From contig JBDSGC010000230.1 of assembly GCA_039919215.1 (NCBI GenBank), positions 1-31,171 on the forward strand: DNA of 31,171 bases. The letters are read 5' to 3'. Below the pieces are notes generated by a model, which was given only the letters and a program-made list of their open reading frames with translations, was not told the origin of the DNA and made no database searches. This stretch comes from Thermoanaerobaculia bacterium. GTDB taxonomy: Bacteria; Acidobacteriota; Thermoanaerobaculia; Gp7-AA8. Each line of letters begins with the position of its first letter. The stretch's first letter is position 1. Positions 16,967-25,067 of this stretch are shown here, piece by piece. A program made the translations under genes and the position numbers.

Positions 16967-18907
16967 TTACTCGCCAGCGCGCGCCACGACGGGGGCCGGC
17001 TCCTCCCGATCGGTATAGAACTCCACCAGCCCCTCATAGATCGCCTCGGCGACCTCCTGCCGGTATTTCGCCGTCTTCATCAGCCTGCGATCGTTCGCGT
17101 TTCCCAGATTGCAGATCTCCAGGAGCACGCGCGTGGGAACCAGGTTGTAGCGGATGATCGCCGGAACCCATTCGCGGCCATTGCGCACCACGTTGTCCCG
17201 CACCGGATTGAAGGGATGAACCTTCAGCGCATTGTTTTCGAACGAGTCGATGATGGACTCGGCGAGATCGCGTGACAGTCCCTCCGCAGCCAGTGATTCC
17301 CGCTCCGAATGCTGGACCACTGGATTCTCACGAACTTCCGCCCGAGCCAGATACACCCGTTCCTTTTTCTCAAACGAGCCCCGCACGTAGCGTTCGCCGG
17401 GGATGTAGGCCATGGCTCCGCGCAGAGAGGGATGCAGAGAATCTGCGTGGATCGAGAGGAAGACCACCTTTTCCTCCGGAACGCCGGTCTTGAGGGCCCG
17501 ACGGAAGATCGAGTTCGACAGGTACCAGCGGAGATTGACGCCGATGACCGGATTGCCCAGCTCGAACCTCGGCGAGGTCAGAACGAAGTGGTCGGTCTGT
17601 TCGCGCAGCACATCGCGCTCGATCACGCTGTACCCATTCTGCTTCGATCGAGTGGTGGCATACACGTTCGCGGCGGACTTCTTTTCGAGGACCCGTTTCA
17701 GGCGGCACATCACGTCGTAAACGTAGCTGGACTCCCACACGCCCTCGTGCGTCGTGCCGGCGTCGCGCCCGCCATGGCCGGCATCCAGAATGATGCGCAC
17801 ATCCCGCAGCCCTTTGGCACGGGAGCGGCGGGCAAGCTTCGCGCTCTCCCGTCTCCCCTCCTCCCGCGCCAGCCGCTGAGGATCGTCAGCAGGAAGGTAC
17901 TCCGGGAGCAGGAGGGACATGGGAATCTTCACGTGATAGCCAACGCGCATCCGCGAGACATCGCTGATGTCGTTGAACTTGACGATGCGATCGAGCACGT
18001 CGCCGACGTCTTTGGAGTAGACCCGGCCGGTGAATCGGATGGCCACCGACGAATAGAGCGCTTCCCCTTTCTGGAGTCGGTACACGGCGTACGGCTCCGG
18101 AGCGTCGCGCTCGTAGATCAGCGACGGCTGGCCGAGGGGAATCGCTTCAGGAACCGCAGGCGCTCCGTCCGCATCCGCTGCTTCCTGCTCACCCGGATCG
18201 TCTTCCGATTTCCGAACCTCGGCTGTCTTCGATGCATTCGTTCCCTCCGTACCAAGTGGTGTCGGTTCCCTGGTCAGTTCGTGGGTCGACTGCTGGATCG
18301 TTCCGGGACGAGGCGTTTCCGCCCGGTTGGCCCGATCGGTCGCCGCACTGGCGACACCATCGGCAAACGGCGCTGCCAGAAGCGCCCTGGGGATGAGGAT
18401 GACGTCGCCCTTCCGGGTCGACAGTGTCTGGGTCGGATTGGCCTTGCGGAGCTCTCCGTAGTTCTCCCCTTTCCCGGTGAACCACTCCGCGATGTTCCAG
18501 AGCGATTCGCCCTCCACGCCGCTCGACCCAACCACGACGTGCCGCCAGCCAGCGGCGTCGAGCTTGTCGTCGGGGAAAAGCGCCTTGACGACGTCGCGTT
18601 GCAGTGCGGGCCTGAGCATGGGCAGAGGAACGCGAACGAGCTGCTCGCTGGTCAGAGCATCGCCAGCGTGATTGAACGCGGCAATCTCCTTCCATCGTTC
18701 CGCATCGCCGGTCAGCCGTTTGGAGAGCCTTGTCCAGGCGTCGCCGCGATGAGGCGTCACCACGATCTCCAGCGTGTAGTCCGAGAGAAGGGAGACGGAG
18801 AGCTCGGGAGTGATCTGCGAAGGGGCGGGACCGATACGGGAGGGGGCAGCGGACAGGACCGCCGGAAAAAAAAGGACTGCGCACCACCACACCCACCCAT
18901 TCCGCAC
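16967..18907 (-). CDS. Exported N-acetylmuramoyl-L-alanine amidase (Amidase_3) with LysM-like repeats, 646 aa
   Basis: Signal peptide; three LysM-like units (GDAWTRLS...N...LVRVP; GESLWNIA...N...GDVILIP; GEALYSSVA...N...GYHVKIP); ILDAGHGG, WES, SIHAD and LLEIC catalytic motifs. Confidence 0.88.
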   Translation of the reverse strand: MRNGWVWWCAVLFFPAVLSAAPSRIGPAPSQITPELSVSLLSDYTLEIVVTPHRGDAWTRLSKRLTGDAERWKEIAAFNHAGDALTSEQLVRVPLPMLRPALQRDVVKALFPDDKLDAAGWRHVVVGSSGVEGESLWNIAEWFTGKGENYGELRKANPTQTLSTRKGDVILIPRALLAAPFADGVASAATDRANRAETPRPGTIQQSTHELTREPTPLGTEGTNASKTAEVRKSEDDPGEQEAADADGAPAVPEAIPLGQPSLIYERDAPEPYAVYRLQKGEALYSSVAIRFTGRVYSKDVGDVLDRIVKFNDISDVSRMRVGYHVKIPMSLLLPEYLPADDPQRLAREEGRRESAKLARRSRAKGLRDVRIILDAGHGGRDAGTTHEGVWESSYVYDVMCRLKRVLEKKSAANVYATTRSKQNGYSVIERDVLREQTDHFVLTSPRFELGNPVIGVNLRWYLSNSIFRRALKTGVPEEKVVFLSIHADSLHPSLRGAMAYIPGERYVRGSFEKKERVYLARAEVRENPVVQHSERESLAAEGLSRDLAESIIDSFENNALKVHPFNPVRDNVVRNGREWVPAIIRYNLVPTRVLLEICNLGNANDRRLMKTAKYRQEVAEAIYEGLVEFYTDREEPAPVVARAGE

Positions 18908-18914
18908 GCTTGAA

Positions 18915-18920
18915 ATTGTA
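18915..18920 (-). promoter_or_regulatory. -10 box (TACAAT) 7 nt before the amidase GTG
   Basis: TACAATttcaagcGTG; no Shine-Dalgarno. Confidence 0.55.
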
Positions 18921-18986
18921 ACGCACGGGGACGCAAAGCGTTGTCCCGGCAGTCTCCGGTGCCCACCACTCCCGTGCCAGATCGGT

Positions 18987-18992
18987 TAATCT
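18987..18992 (+). promoter_or_regulatory. -10 box (TAATCT) 6 nt before ATG 18999
   Basis: TAATCTcaggaaATG; the AGGA is too close to the ATG to be a normal RBS. Confidence 0.4.
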
Positions 18993-18998
18993 CAGGAA

Positions 18999-19430
18999 AT
19001 GGGCTGGTTTTCTCTCTTTCAACGGTCCGGGCCGAGGCTGCGCGTCCGCCCGAGCGTGGAGAACCTGCACGCTCTGACCAAGGATGCGCCGGCGCTGCTG
19101 ATCACCAACGTGGGGCGCGCCGCTGCGCATGACGTGGTGGTCTCCATCCGCGTCCGCCACAGTGCATTCCAGTTTGACCCGGTCGAGCTCTTGGACTCCG
19201 AGGCTGAGGCGCCGCTGCTCCACTCGTCAGCGGGAGGGCGATTCAAGCTCGAGCAGATGACCGTGAGCGCGCACTGGTTCCGCATCGCCCTGCGGGCCAT
19301 CGTGCAAGACGTCAAGGAGACCCTCCGCATTCCGCTGACCATCCGCTATCGAGACGACCAGGGCACGATCCGGACTTCCTACGCCATGCTCATCTGCGAT
19401 GAACACTTGCGCCTGCGCGTCACGGACTGA
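18999..19430 (+). CDS. Hypothetical protein, 143 aa, predicted beta-rich
   Basis: Fills the gap between amidase and gatA; normal composition (LLITNVGRAAAHDVVVSI, IPLTIRYRD). No family recognised. Confidence 0.7.
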   Translation: MGWFSLFQRSGPRLRVRPSVENLHALTKDAPALLITNVGRAAAHDVVVSIRVRHSAFQFDPVELLDSEAEAPLLHSSAGGRFKLEQMTVSAHWFRIALRAIVQDVKETLRIPLTIRYRDDQGTIRTSYAMLICDEHLRLRVTD

Positions 19431-19495
19431 CGCTCCGGAACGAGGGCCGGTAGAACTCTGTCGACGCCGGAACTTCTCCACACTTCGAGATCCCG

Positions 19496-20932
19496 TCAGG
19501 ACGAACCGTTGCGAAACTCGGGCGCGCGCTTCCAGTAACCGGTCTCCCCTTCGAAGAAGGCGCCTGCGCGAAACAACGATCGCTCGTCGAAGTGTCGTCC
19601 CATCATCTGTAACGAGAGTGGCAGGCCGTCGCGCGAGAATCCCGAGGGAATGGCGATGGCCGGGATGCCCACCAGGTTTGCCGGCGCGGTGAAGATGTCG
19701 TTCAGGTACATGGAAAGTGGATCGGCCAGTTTGGCTCCGATTGCGAACGCCGGCTCCGGCGTGGTCGGTGTGAGCAGCAGGTCGAAGCGCTGGAACGCCA
19801 GGTCGAAGTCCGCGCGAAGCCGCTCCCGCACTTCCTGAGCACGCGAGTAGTAGGCGTCGTAGTAGCCGGAGGAGAGTGCGAAGGTCCCCAGCATGATCCT
19901 GCGCTTGACCTCTTCACCGAATCCCTCACCACGCGACGAAAAGTAGACCTCCTCGATGGTGGAGGCCGCACTTCGTTTGCCGTAACGGATTCCATCGAAG
20001 CGCGCCAGATTCGCGCTGGCTTCCGCATTGGCCACCACGTAGTAAATCGCGATGGAGTAAGGGATCGACGGGATGCTCACCGTCTCGACGGACGCCCCCC
20101 CGTCCCGCAGCACCGTGAGTGCCTGCTCGAAGTTCGCCAGAACCTCGCCATCGAGGTTCTCCACCGCCTCCCTGACCACCCCGAAACGCATTCTTCGGAT
20201 GCCGGCATCCGTGCCGGAACCGTAATCCTCGACCTCCCGATCGCTCGAGGTGGAGTCCAGCGGATCCCTTCCGGCGATGACCGAGAGCAACTCCGCAGTT
20301 TCCCGCACCGTCTTGCTGATGATGCCGATCTGATCGAGCCCCGATGCGAAGGCGACCAGTCCCCTGCGGCTGATGCGACCGTAGGTGGGCTTCAATCCAA
20401 ACACGCCACAGAACGCGGCAGGCTGACGCACCGAGCCTCCCGTTTCTGAGCCCAGAGCTGCGGGCACCATGCGTGCGGCCACCGCTGCTGCCGAGCCTCC
20501 CGACGATCCACCGGGCACACGACTGAGATCCCAGGGGTTGCGCGTCGGGCCGAATGCAGAGTGCTCGGTGGAAGAGCCCATGGCGAACTCGTCGAGGTTG
20601 GTCTTTCCGAGGATCGTGGCGCCGGCAGCGCGCACCCGCGCAATGGCTGTGGCATCCCGGGGCGCAACGAAGTCGCCCAGAATGCGCGAGCCGCAGGTGG
20701 TGGGCAGCGAGGACACGTTGATGTTGTCCTTCACCCCGAGCGGCATTCGCGACAGCCGCTGCTCCTGTTTCGTTTCCTGCCCCGCGTCCACCGCCTCGGG
20801 TTCAGTGACATGCAGGAAGGCATGGACCTCCCCATTGCGACGGGCGATGACCGCACGACAGGCCGCTTCGTACTCCGCGCCGGTGCTCTGCCCCTTTCCC
20901 TCGCTCCAGGGAAGATCGAGAACGTCAGTCAC
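19496..20932 (-). CDS. gatA: Asp/Glu-tRNA amidotransferase subunit A, about 478 aa
   Basis: GVKDNI, GKTNLDEFAMGSSTE, GGSSGGSAAAV, GSETGGSVRQPAA, EVKRRIMLGTFALSSGYYDAYY. GTG 20932 overlaps the gatC stop. Confidence 0.95.
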   Translation of the reverse strand: MTDVLDLPWSEGKGQSTGAEYEAACRAVIARRNGEVHAFLHVTEPEAVDAGQETKQEQRLSRMPLGVKDNINVSSLPTTCGSRILGDFVAPRDATAIARVRAAGATILGKTNLDEFAMGSSTEHSAFGPTRNPWDLSRVPGGSSGGSAAAVAARMVPAALGSETGGSVRQPAAFCGVFGLKPTYGRISRRGLVAFASGLDQIGIISKTVRETAELLSVIAGRDPLDSTSSDREVEDYGSGTDAGIRRMRFGVVREAVENLDGEVLANFEQALTVLRDGGASVETVSIPSIPYSIAIYYVVANAEASANLARFDGIRYGKRSAASTIEEVYFSSRGEGFGEEVKRRIMLGTFALSSGYYDAYYSRAQEVRERLRADFDLAFQRFDLLLTPTTPEPAFAIGAKLADPLSMYLNDIFTAPANLVGIPAIAIPSGFSRDGLPLSLQMMGRHFDERSLFRAGAFFEGETGYWKRAPEFRNGSS

Positions 20933-21212
20933 CGAGAACCCGGGGCACGAGGAAGTAGCCCTCACCCCAACCGGATGCGTTGGCGGCCACCGTTTCGCGA
21001 TCGATCCCGCCCACCGGCACATCCTCACGGAAGGATGGCTGCGCTGAGGGCGGTGCAAAAACGGCCGCGGAGGCCGCCGGAGCCGTCGTCAGTTGTTCGA
21101 TGTAGGTCAGGATCCCGGTCATCTCCGCCGCCATACGATCGAGTCCGGCCTCATCGAAGCGAAGGTGAGCCAGGATAGCGATCCGCGCCGCCTCCTCCCG
21201 TGTGATCTGCAT
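20925..21212 (-). CDS. gatC: Asp/Glu-tRNA amidotransferase subunit C, 95 aa
   Basis: MQITREEAARIAILAHL, ILTYIEQL, FREDV, YFLVPRV; directly upstream of gatA. Confidence 0.92.
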   Translation of the reverse strand: MQITREEAARIAILAHLRFDEAGLDRMAAEMTGILTYIEQLTTAPAASAAVFAPPSAQPSFREDVPVGGIDRETVAANASGWGEGYFLVPRVLGD

Positions 21213-21218
21213 GAGAGG

Positions 21219-21224
21219 AGTGTA
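21219..21224 (-). promoter_or_regulatory. -10 box (TACACT) 6 nt before the gatC ATG
   Basis: TACACTcctctcATG; no Shine-Dalgarno. Confidence 0.55.
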
Positions 21225-21296
21225 TCGCTTGCGCCAGCGGGGAGGACTCCGCCATTCGAGAGGCCCTGAGTTCAGGCATGCGGCACCGCGGTGCGT

Positions 21297-23075
21297 TCAG
21301 CGACCGTTGCGCATCATTTCGGAGAATCGATGCACCAGTTGGGGATCGAACTGACTGCCCGCGGCGCGCTCGATGATGTCCATTGCCCGCTCGTGCGTCT
21401 CCGGAGGCTGGTAATTGTCCACGGCGATCATCGCTTCGTAGGCATCGCAGATCTGCACGATGCGGGCGGCCACGGGGATGTCCTCGCCGCGCAATTCGTT
21501 CGGATAACCGCGACCATCGAAGCGCTCATGGTGGGACAACACAGCGCGGGCCGTCTCCGGACCGAGGAGCGGCTCGACCAGAGCCGCGCCAACGGAGGGA
21601 TGCTCGCGCAGCATGCTCAACTCTTCGGGCGAGAGATTTCGCTTTCGATAGAGAAGGTCATAATCCAGCACGCGCATCCCGCAATCGTGGGTGATGGCCA
21701 CCACACGCGCGCATTCGGCTTCCGCGGGCGGGAGGGCCAGGAAGCGGGTGAACTCTTCGGTCCGGGTAACCACGGCGTCGGAGTGGCGGCGCAACTCGGG
21801 GAAGTGGTTGAAATCGGGCTCCAGCAACGCTTCGCCCACCCGCGCCCTCATGGCGTAGGTGGCGCTCCGCATCATGGAGTGCTCGATGGTGGACTGCAGC
21901 TGCGTATGCAGCGCCGCAAGCATCTCGTGCGCGGCACGGTCGGGATTTCCCGAAAACGCCACGGTCAGATACAGGCCCGTCATCGGTCCGGCATTCACCG
22001 GTGCGGTGAACACCTTCTGCATCTGCGCCGACGCGATCGGTGGAGCGGTGAGGCCGAACGGCTGTTGCACGCTGGTGCGTACCAGCGTCGAGGCCTCCCC
22101 TCGCTTGGCCAGCCACGCCGTGAGCTTGGCCTGTAGAAAACTCATCCCCTCATCGGTGATCGTCGAGCGAGAGACCACCTCCTGCAGTCCGCCCAGATGT
22201 CCGAACGCCGAAAACGAGGCCACCAGCGCTGTGGGGATGAGCAGAATCGTCCGGAGCATGTCCCGCACGGCGACCATCTCGACCTCGGTGATCCGTTCGG
22301 GGGGAGGGGGCGCGACGATGCGCTCCGCAACCGACCGCGCTTCCTGAATGATGGTGGCCGCGCGGGGCAGATGACTGTGGGCCGAGGGCATGGAGATCGT
22401 CGGCGCGGAGCTGGGCGGGGGGGCAACGGCGGAAGGGGGCGCCTTCGGCACCGCGATCTCCATCATCGGAGGCCACTCGGCGACCATCGGTGTGGGCGGC
22501 GGTGGGGGAGGTGCGGCAACTTTCGGTGCAGCAAGCGCCGGTGCCGCGGCGGCCGGCGGCGAGTTGTGCGGTGAGCCGGCCATCACCACCGCCCCGCCCG
22601 AAGTCGGCGTATCCGAAAGCGTGATGAACCGCTGCCCGAAAACATTCTTGTTTCCGAACAGGGCGACGATACGATCAGCGATCTTCTGTCCCTTCTGCAG
22701 ATCGTCATTCTCGAAGGGCTGCTTGTTGCCCTTGTCGCGCATGTCGACGACACCGACCAGCTGGCCGCGGAGATAGATCGGAGCGACCAGCAGCCGATCG
22801 GTCGACGCTTCGTAGAGCAATTCGGAAAACCGCGGCTCCACCGACAGTCCATTGACGAAGAATGCGGTACGTCCCCGGCCGCTCCGATCGATGACCGGAT
22901 CATTGCGATCGGCGACCGCGCGCAGCCCCCCTCGGAAGCCGAACTGCGTGACCATCTCATACCGCTCGTCGCCGTCCCAGAGGTACAGCGCCGCCTTGGT
23001 GGCGCGGATCTCCACCGCGCAGTCATAAAGGATTTCTTTCAGTTTTGACTGCAACTCCTGGATGTCTGGATGCAC
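21297..23075 (-). CDS. GAF + Pro-rich linker + HD-GYP domain protein, 592 aa
   Basis: GAF (LLVAPIYLRGQLVGVVDM); RRHS, THD, EHP, HHERFDGRGYP, ARIVQICDAY, GSQFDP. Confidence 0.88.
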   Translation of the reverse strand: MHPDIQELQSKLKEILYDCAVEIRATKAALYLWDGDERYEMVTQFGFRGGLRAVADRNDPVIDRSGRGRTAFFVNGLSVEPRFSELLYEASTDRLLVAPIYLRGQLVGVVDMRDKGNKQPFENDDLQKGQKIADRIVALFGNKNVFGQRFITLSDTPTSGGAVVMAGSPHNSPPAAAAPALAAPKVAAPPPPPPTPMVAEWPPMMEIAVPKAPPSAVAPPPSSAPTISMPSAHSHLPRAATIIQEARSVAERIVAPPPPERITEVEMVAVRDMLRTILLIPTALVASFSAFGHLGGLQEVVSRSTITDEGMSFLQAKLTAWLAKRGEASTLVRTSVQQPFGLTAPPIASAQMQKVFTAPVNAGPMTGLYLTVAFSGNPDRAAHEMLAALHTQLQSTIEHSMMRSATYAMRARVGEALLEPDFNHFPELRRHSDAVVTRTEEFTRFLALPPAEAECARVVAITHDCGMRVLDYDLLYRKRNLSPEELSMLREHPSVGAALVEPLLGPETARAVLSHHERFDGRGYPNELRGEDIPVAARIVQICDAYEAMIAVDNYQPPETHERAMDIIERAAGSQFDPQLVHRFSEMMRNGR

Positions 23076-23081
23076 GACCAG

Positions 23082-23087
23082 AGTGTA
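23082..23087 (-). promoter_or_regulatory. -10 box (TACACT) 6 nt before the HD-GYP GTG
   Basis: TACACTctggtcGTG; no Shine-Dalgarno. Confidence 0.55.
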
Positions 23088-23198
23088 TTACGGCCCCGCG
23101 TCCAGCCGGTCGCAGACGTGGAGGCGAGGCTTTTTCCGTCGGTGGTCGTCTCCCATCAGGAGCTCCCATCGCGGCACCGTTCTCGCTCCTCAGGTCTC

Positions 23199-23891
23199 AT
23201 GTCCCTTCGCGTCATGACCTACAACATCCAGGGTCAGGCAGCGCGGATTCGCTCCGATCACATCGAGCGGATCGCACGGCTGATCTTGGAAATCCAACCC
23301 GATGTGGTCGGGCTTCAGGAGGTCCATCGCGGAGGATGGCAGGCACGCTCCCGCGATCAGGCTTTGGAGATCGAGCGGCTGACCGGCTTGCAAATGGTCT
23401 TCGGAGCCGCTCTGACCACAGCGCGTCACGCCTTCGGAAACGCCATCCTCACCTCGGGAACAATTCTCGGCTCTCGCCTTCATCCGCTCCCCGGCCGGGG
23501 AGAACCCAGAGCGCTGCTGGCCTGTTCGGTCGAAGCCCGTGGCATCGTCTTCGACCTGAGCGTCACTCATCTTGCCGCGTGGGGGCCGATCGGTGCGCGG
23601 GCCCGTGGTCAGCAGGCAATGGAAGTGGCGCGTCTTGTGTCGGCCATGGAGGGACCGATCATTCTGACCGGCGATTTCAATGCCCATCCTTCCCGTCCCG
23701 AATTGCAGCCTCTTCACCAGGGACCGTTGATGCTCTCCTGCTTCCGCGGGGATGAGGTGTCCTACGCCAGGACGAAACAATGCCTCGATTCCATCCTCAT
23801 CGACCGGCAGTGGCGCGTCACCCAGGCGGACGTTTGCAGGGAGGGTCCCAGCGACCACTGGCCGATGGTCGCGGAACTGGAACGCCTGTGA
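23199..23891 (+). CDS. Endonuclease/exonuclease/phosphatase (EEP) family protein, about 230 aa
   Basis: MTYNIQ, DVVGLQEV, FGNAILT, VTHL, ILTGDFNA, LDSIL, SDHWP. Confidence 0.9.
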   Translation: MSLRVMTYNIQGQAARIRSDHIERIARLILEIQPDVVGLQEVHRGGWQARSRDQALEIERLTGLQMVFGAALTTARHAFGNAILTSGTILGSRLHPLPGRGEPRALLACSVEARGIVFDLSVTHLAAWGPIGARARGQQAMEVARLVSAMEGPIILTGDFNAHPSRPELQPLHQGPLMLSCFRGDEVSYARTKQCLDSILIDRQWRVTQADVCREGPSDHWPMVAELERL

Positions 23892-24011
23892 TGGGGGGAA
23901 CGGAGCGCATTCCGAGGTCCCAACGCGCGAAGGGAAAACTGGCGGGAGGAGATGCAGCCTGCGCGGCAGACCGTCTTGGAGCGCGATTATGGCGGAGCCT
24001 CGGGCGACCTG

Positions 24012-24033
24012 CGCCGCCGGCAGTGCCGGCCTA
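24012..24033 (-). repeat. REP-like palindromic hairpin, copy 3
   Basis: Minus strand TAGGCCGGCACTGCCGGCGGCG, starting at the TAG stop of the selenoprotein gene; 18/19 identical to copy 1. Confidence 0.55.
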
Positions 24034-24261
24034 GCCGGTCGCGCGCGTCATCAACGTCTCGAGGATCTCCGATTCGGTCGGAAATCTCCCTTCGTCGTGC
24101 TTGGAGAAGATTTTCTGACCGTCGACGCTGACCACGAAGACTCCGCCGCTTCCACGGACGATCTCCGACTCGATATTCAATTTCTTCTTGATCTCAGCCG
24201 CCAGACTGGAGGCTCGGGGAAGGTAGTTTCAAACGCCGCAGTAATCGATTCGAACGTGCAT
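24031..24261 (-). CDS. SelW/SelT/SelH (Rdx) family selenoprotein, 76 aa, Sec at UGA 24229-24231
   Basis: Manual translation: MHVRIDYCGV-U-NYLPRASSLAAEIKKKLNIESEIVRGSGGVFVVSVDGQKIFSKHDEGRFPTESEILETLMTRATG. CxxU motif, GxFxVxVDG and FSK...GRFP Rdx motifs, AAAGGA RBS. Absent from the ORF track. Confidence 0.92.
24196..24214 (-). promoter_or_regulatory. Bacterial SECIS-like hairpin
   Basis: AGCC-U-CCA-GUC-UGG-C-GGCU begins 14 nt after the in-frame UGA and has G at the start of the apical loop. Confidence 0.7.
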
Positions 24262-24296
24262 GGGGGCCCGATCCTTTGTGCTGATGAGACTCTCGT

Positions 24297-25061
24297 TCAG
24301 ATGGACTTCACGAGGACGGCAGTGATGTTGTCGAGACCGCCGCGCTGGTTTGCGACATCGATCAATTGCTGACAGGCGATCTCGAGGTTCGCAATGTTGT
24401 CGCTGACCAACTTCTGAATCTCATCTTCGGGAACCATGCCAGTGAGGCCATCGCTGCAGAGCAGGTAGACGTCGCCCACCTGACTCTCCACCTCGGAGGC
24501 ATCCGGGTTTACCGACAGAGCGCCGCCCAGGGCTCTGGTAATCACGTTGCGCAGCGGATGTTTCTCCGCCTCCGCTTCGGTCAGCATTCCGGCCTGAACC
24601 TGCTCGAAGACCCAGGAGTGGTCGTTGGTCAGGCGGGAGATCTTTCCTTCGCGCACCAGATAGGCGCGGGAGTCGCCGACATGGGCCACCGACATGGTCT
24701 CTCCGTCGGCCATGCAGGCCACCACCGTCGTTCCCATCCCGCGCAGCCGCGCGTCTTTACGCATGGCCTCCAGCACGCGGGTGTTGGCCATGCGCAGGGC
24801 AGCCATCAGCCGGTTGGTCGTGCGACGAAAATGTTCGTCGTAGGCGTGAGGCCAGGTGCCGTCGTCTTCTTTGGTGTGAACGATGAATTCGGTGATGGAG
24901 TCGACGGCGATGCGGGAGGCGATCTCACCGGCGGCATGCCCGCCCATGCCGTCGGCCACGACGAACAGCCGGGCGTCTTTGGACACCAGGAGCGCGTCCT
25001 CGTTGTGCTGGCGTTGCCGCCCCACGTGGGTCAGGCCATGTGCCTCGATCTGCATCCTCAC
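24297..25061 (-). CDS. PP2C/Stp1-family Ser/Thr protein phosphatase, about 254 aa
   Basis: VGRQRQHNED, VADGMGGHAAGEIAS, GMGTT, HVGDSRAY, TNDHS, RNVITRALG, LCSDGLT, GGLDNIT. Start is GTG 25061 or ATG 25055. Confidence 0.95.
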   Translation of the reverse strand: MRMQIEAHGLTHVGRQRQHNEDALLVSKDARLFVVADGMGGHAAGEIASRIAVDSITEFIVHTKEDDGTWPHAYDEHFRRTTNRLMAALRMANTRVLEAMRKDARLRGMGTTVVACMADGETMSVAHVGDSRAYLVREGKISRLTNDHSWVFEQVQAGMLTEAEAEKHPLRNVITRALGGALSVNPDASEVESQVGDVYLLCSDGLTGMVPEDEIQKLVSDNIANLEIACQQLIDVANQRGGLDNITAVLVKSI

Positions 25062-25067
25062 CGTACT

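Noticed and set aside
17309-18913. Long antisense ORFs (also 1792..3048, 7128..8216, 24366..25754, 28841..30679)
   Set aside because: They lie opposite well-supported genes, as expected in high-GC DNA, and have no domain motifs.
19431-19495. Missing gatB after gatCA
   Set aside because: gatB is unlinked from gatCA in many bacteria, so this is not informative on its own.
21283-21294. Perfect 12-bp palindrome GCACCGCGGTGC after the HD-GYP stop
   Set aside because: Single occurrence, no U-tract and no other support.
22300-22620. Pro/Ala-rich low-complexity tracts (also about 14950-15250 and 9340-9430) as possible tandem repeats
   Set aside because: They are in-frame interdomain linkers with no fixed-period DNA repeat.
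23752-24372. 206-aa plus-strand ORF in the track
   Set aside because: Antisense shadow of the selenoprotein gene; it also overlaps the EEP and PP2C genes and has no motifs.
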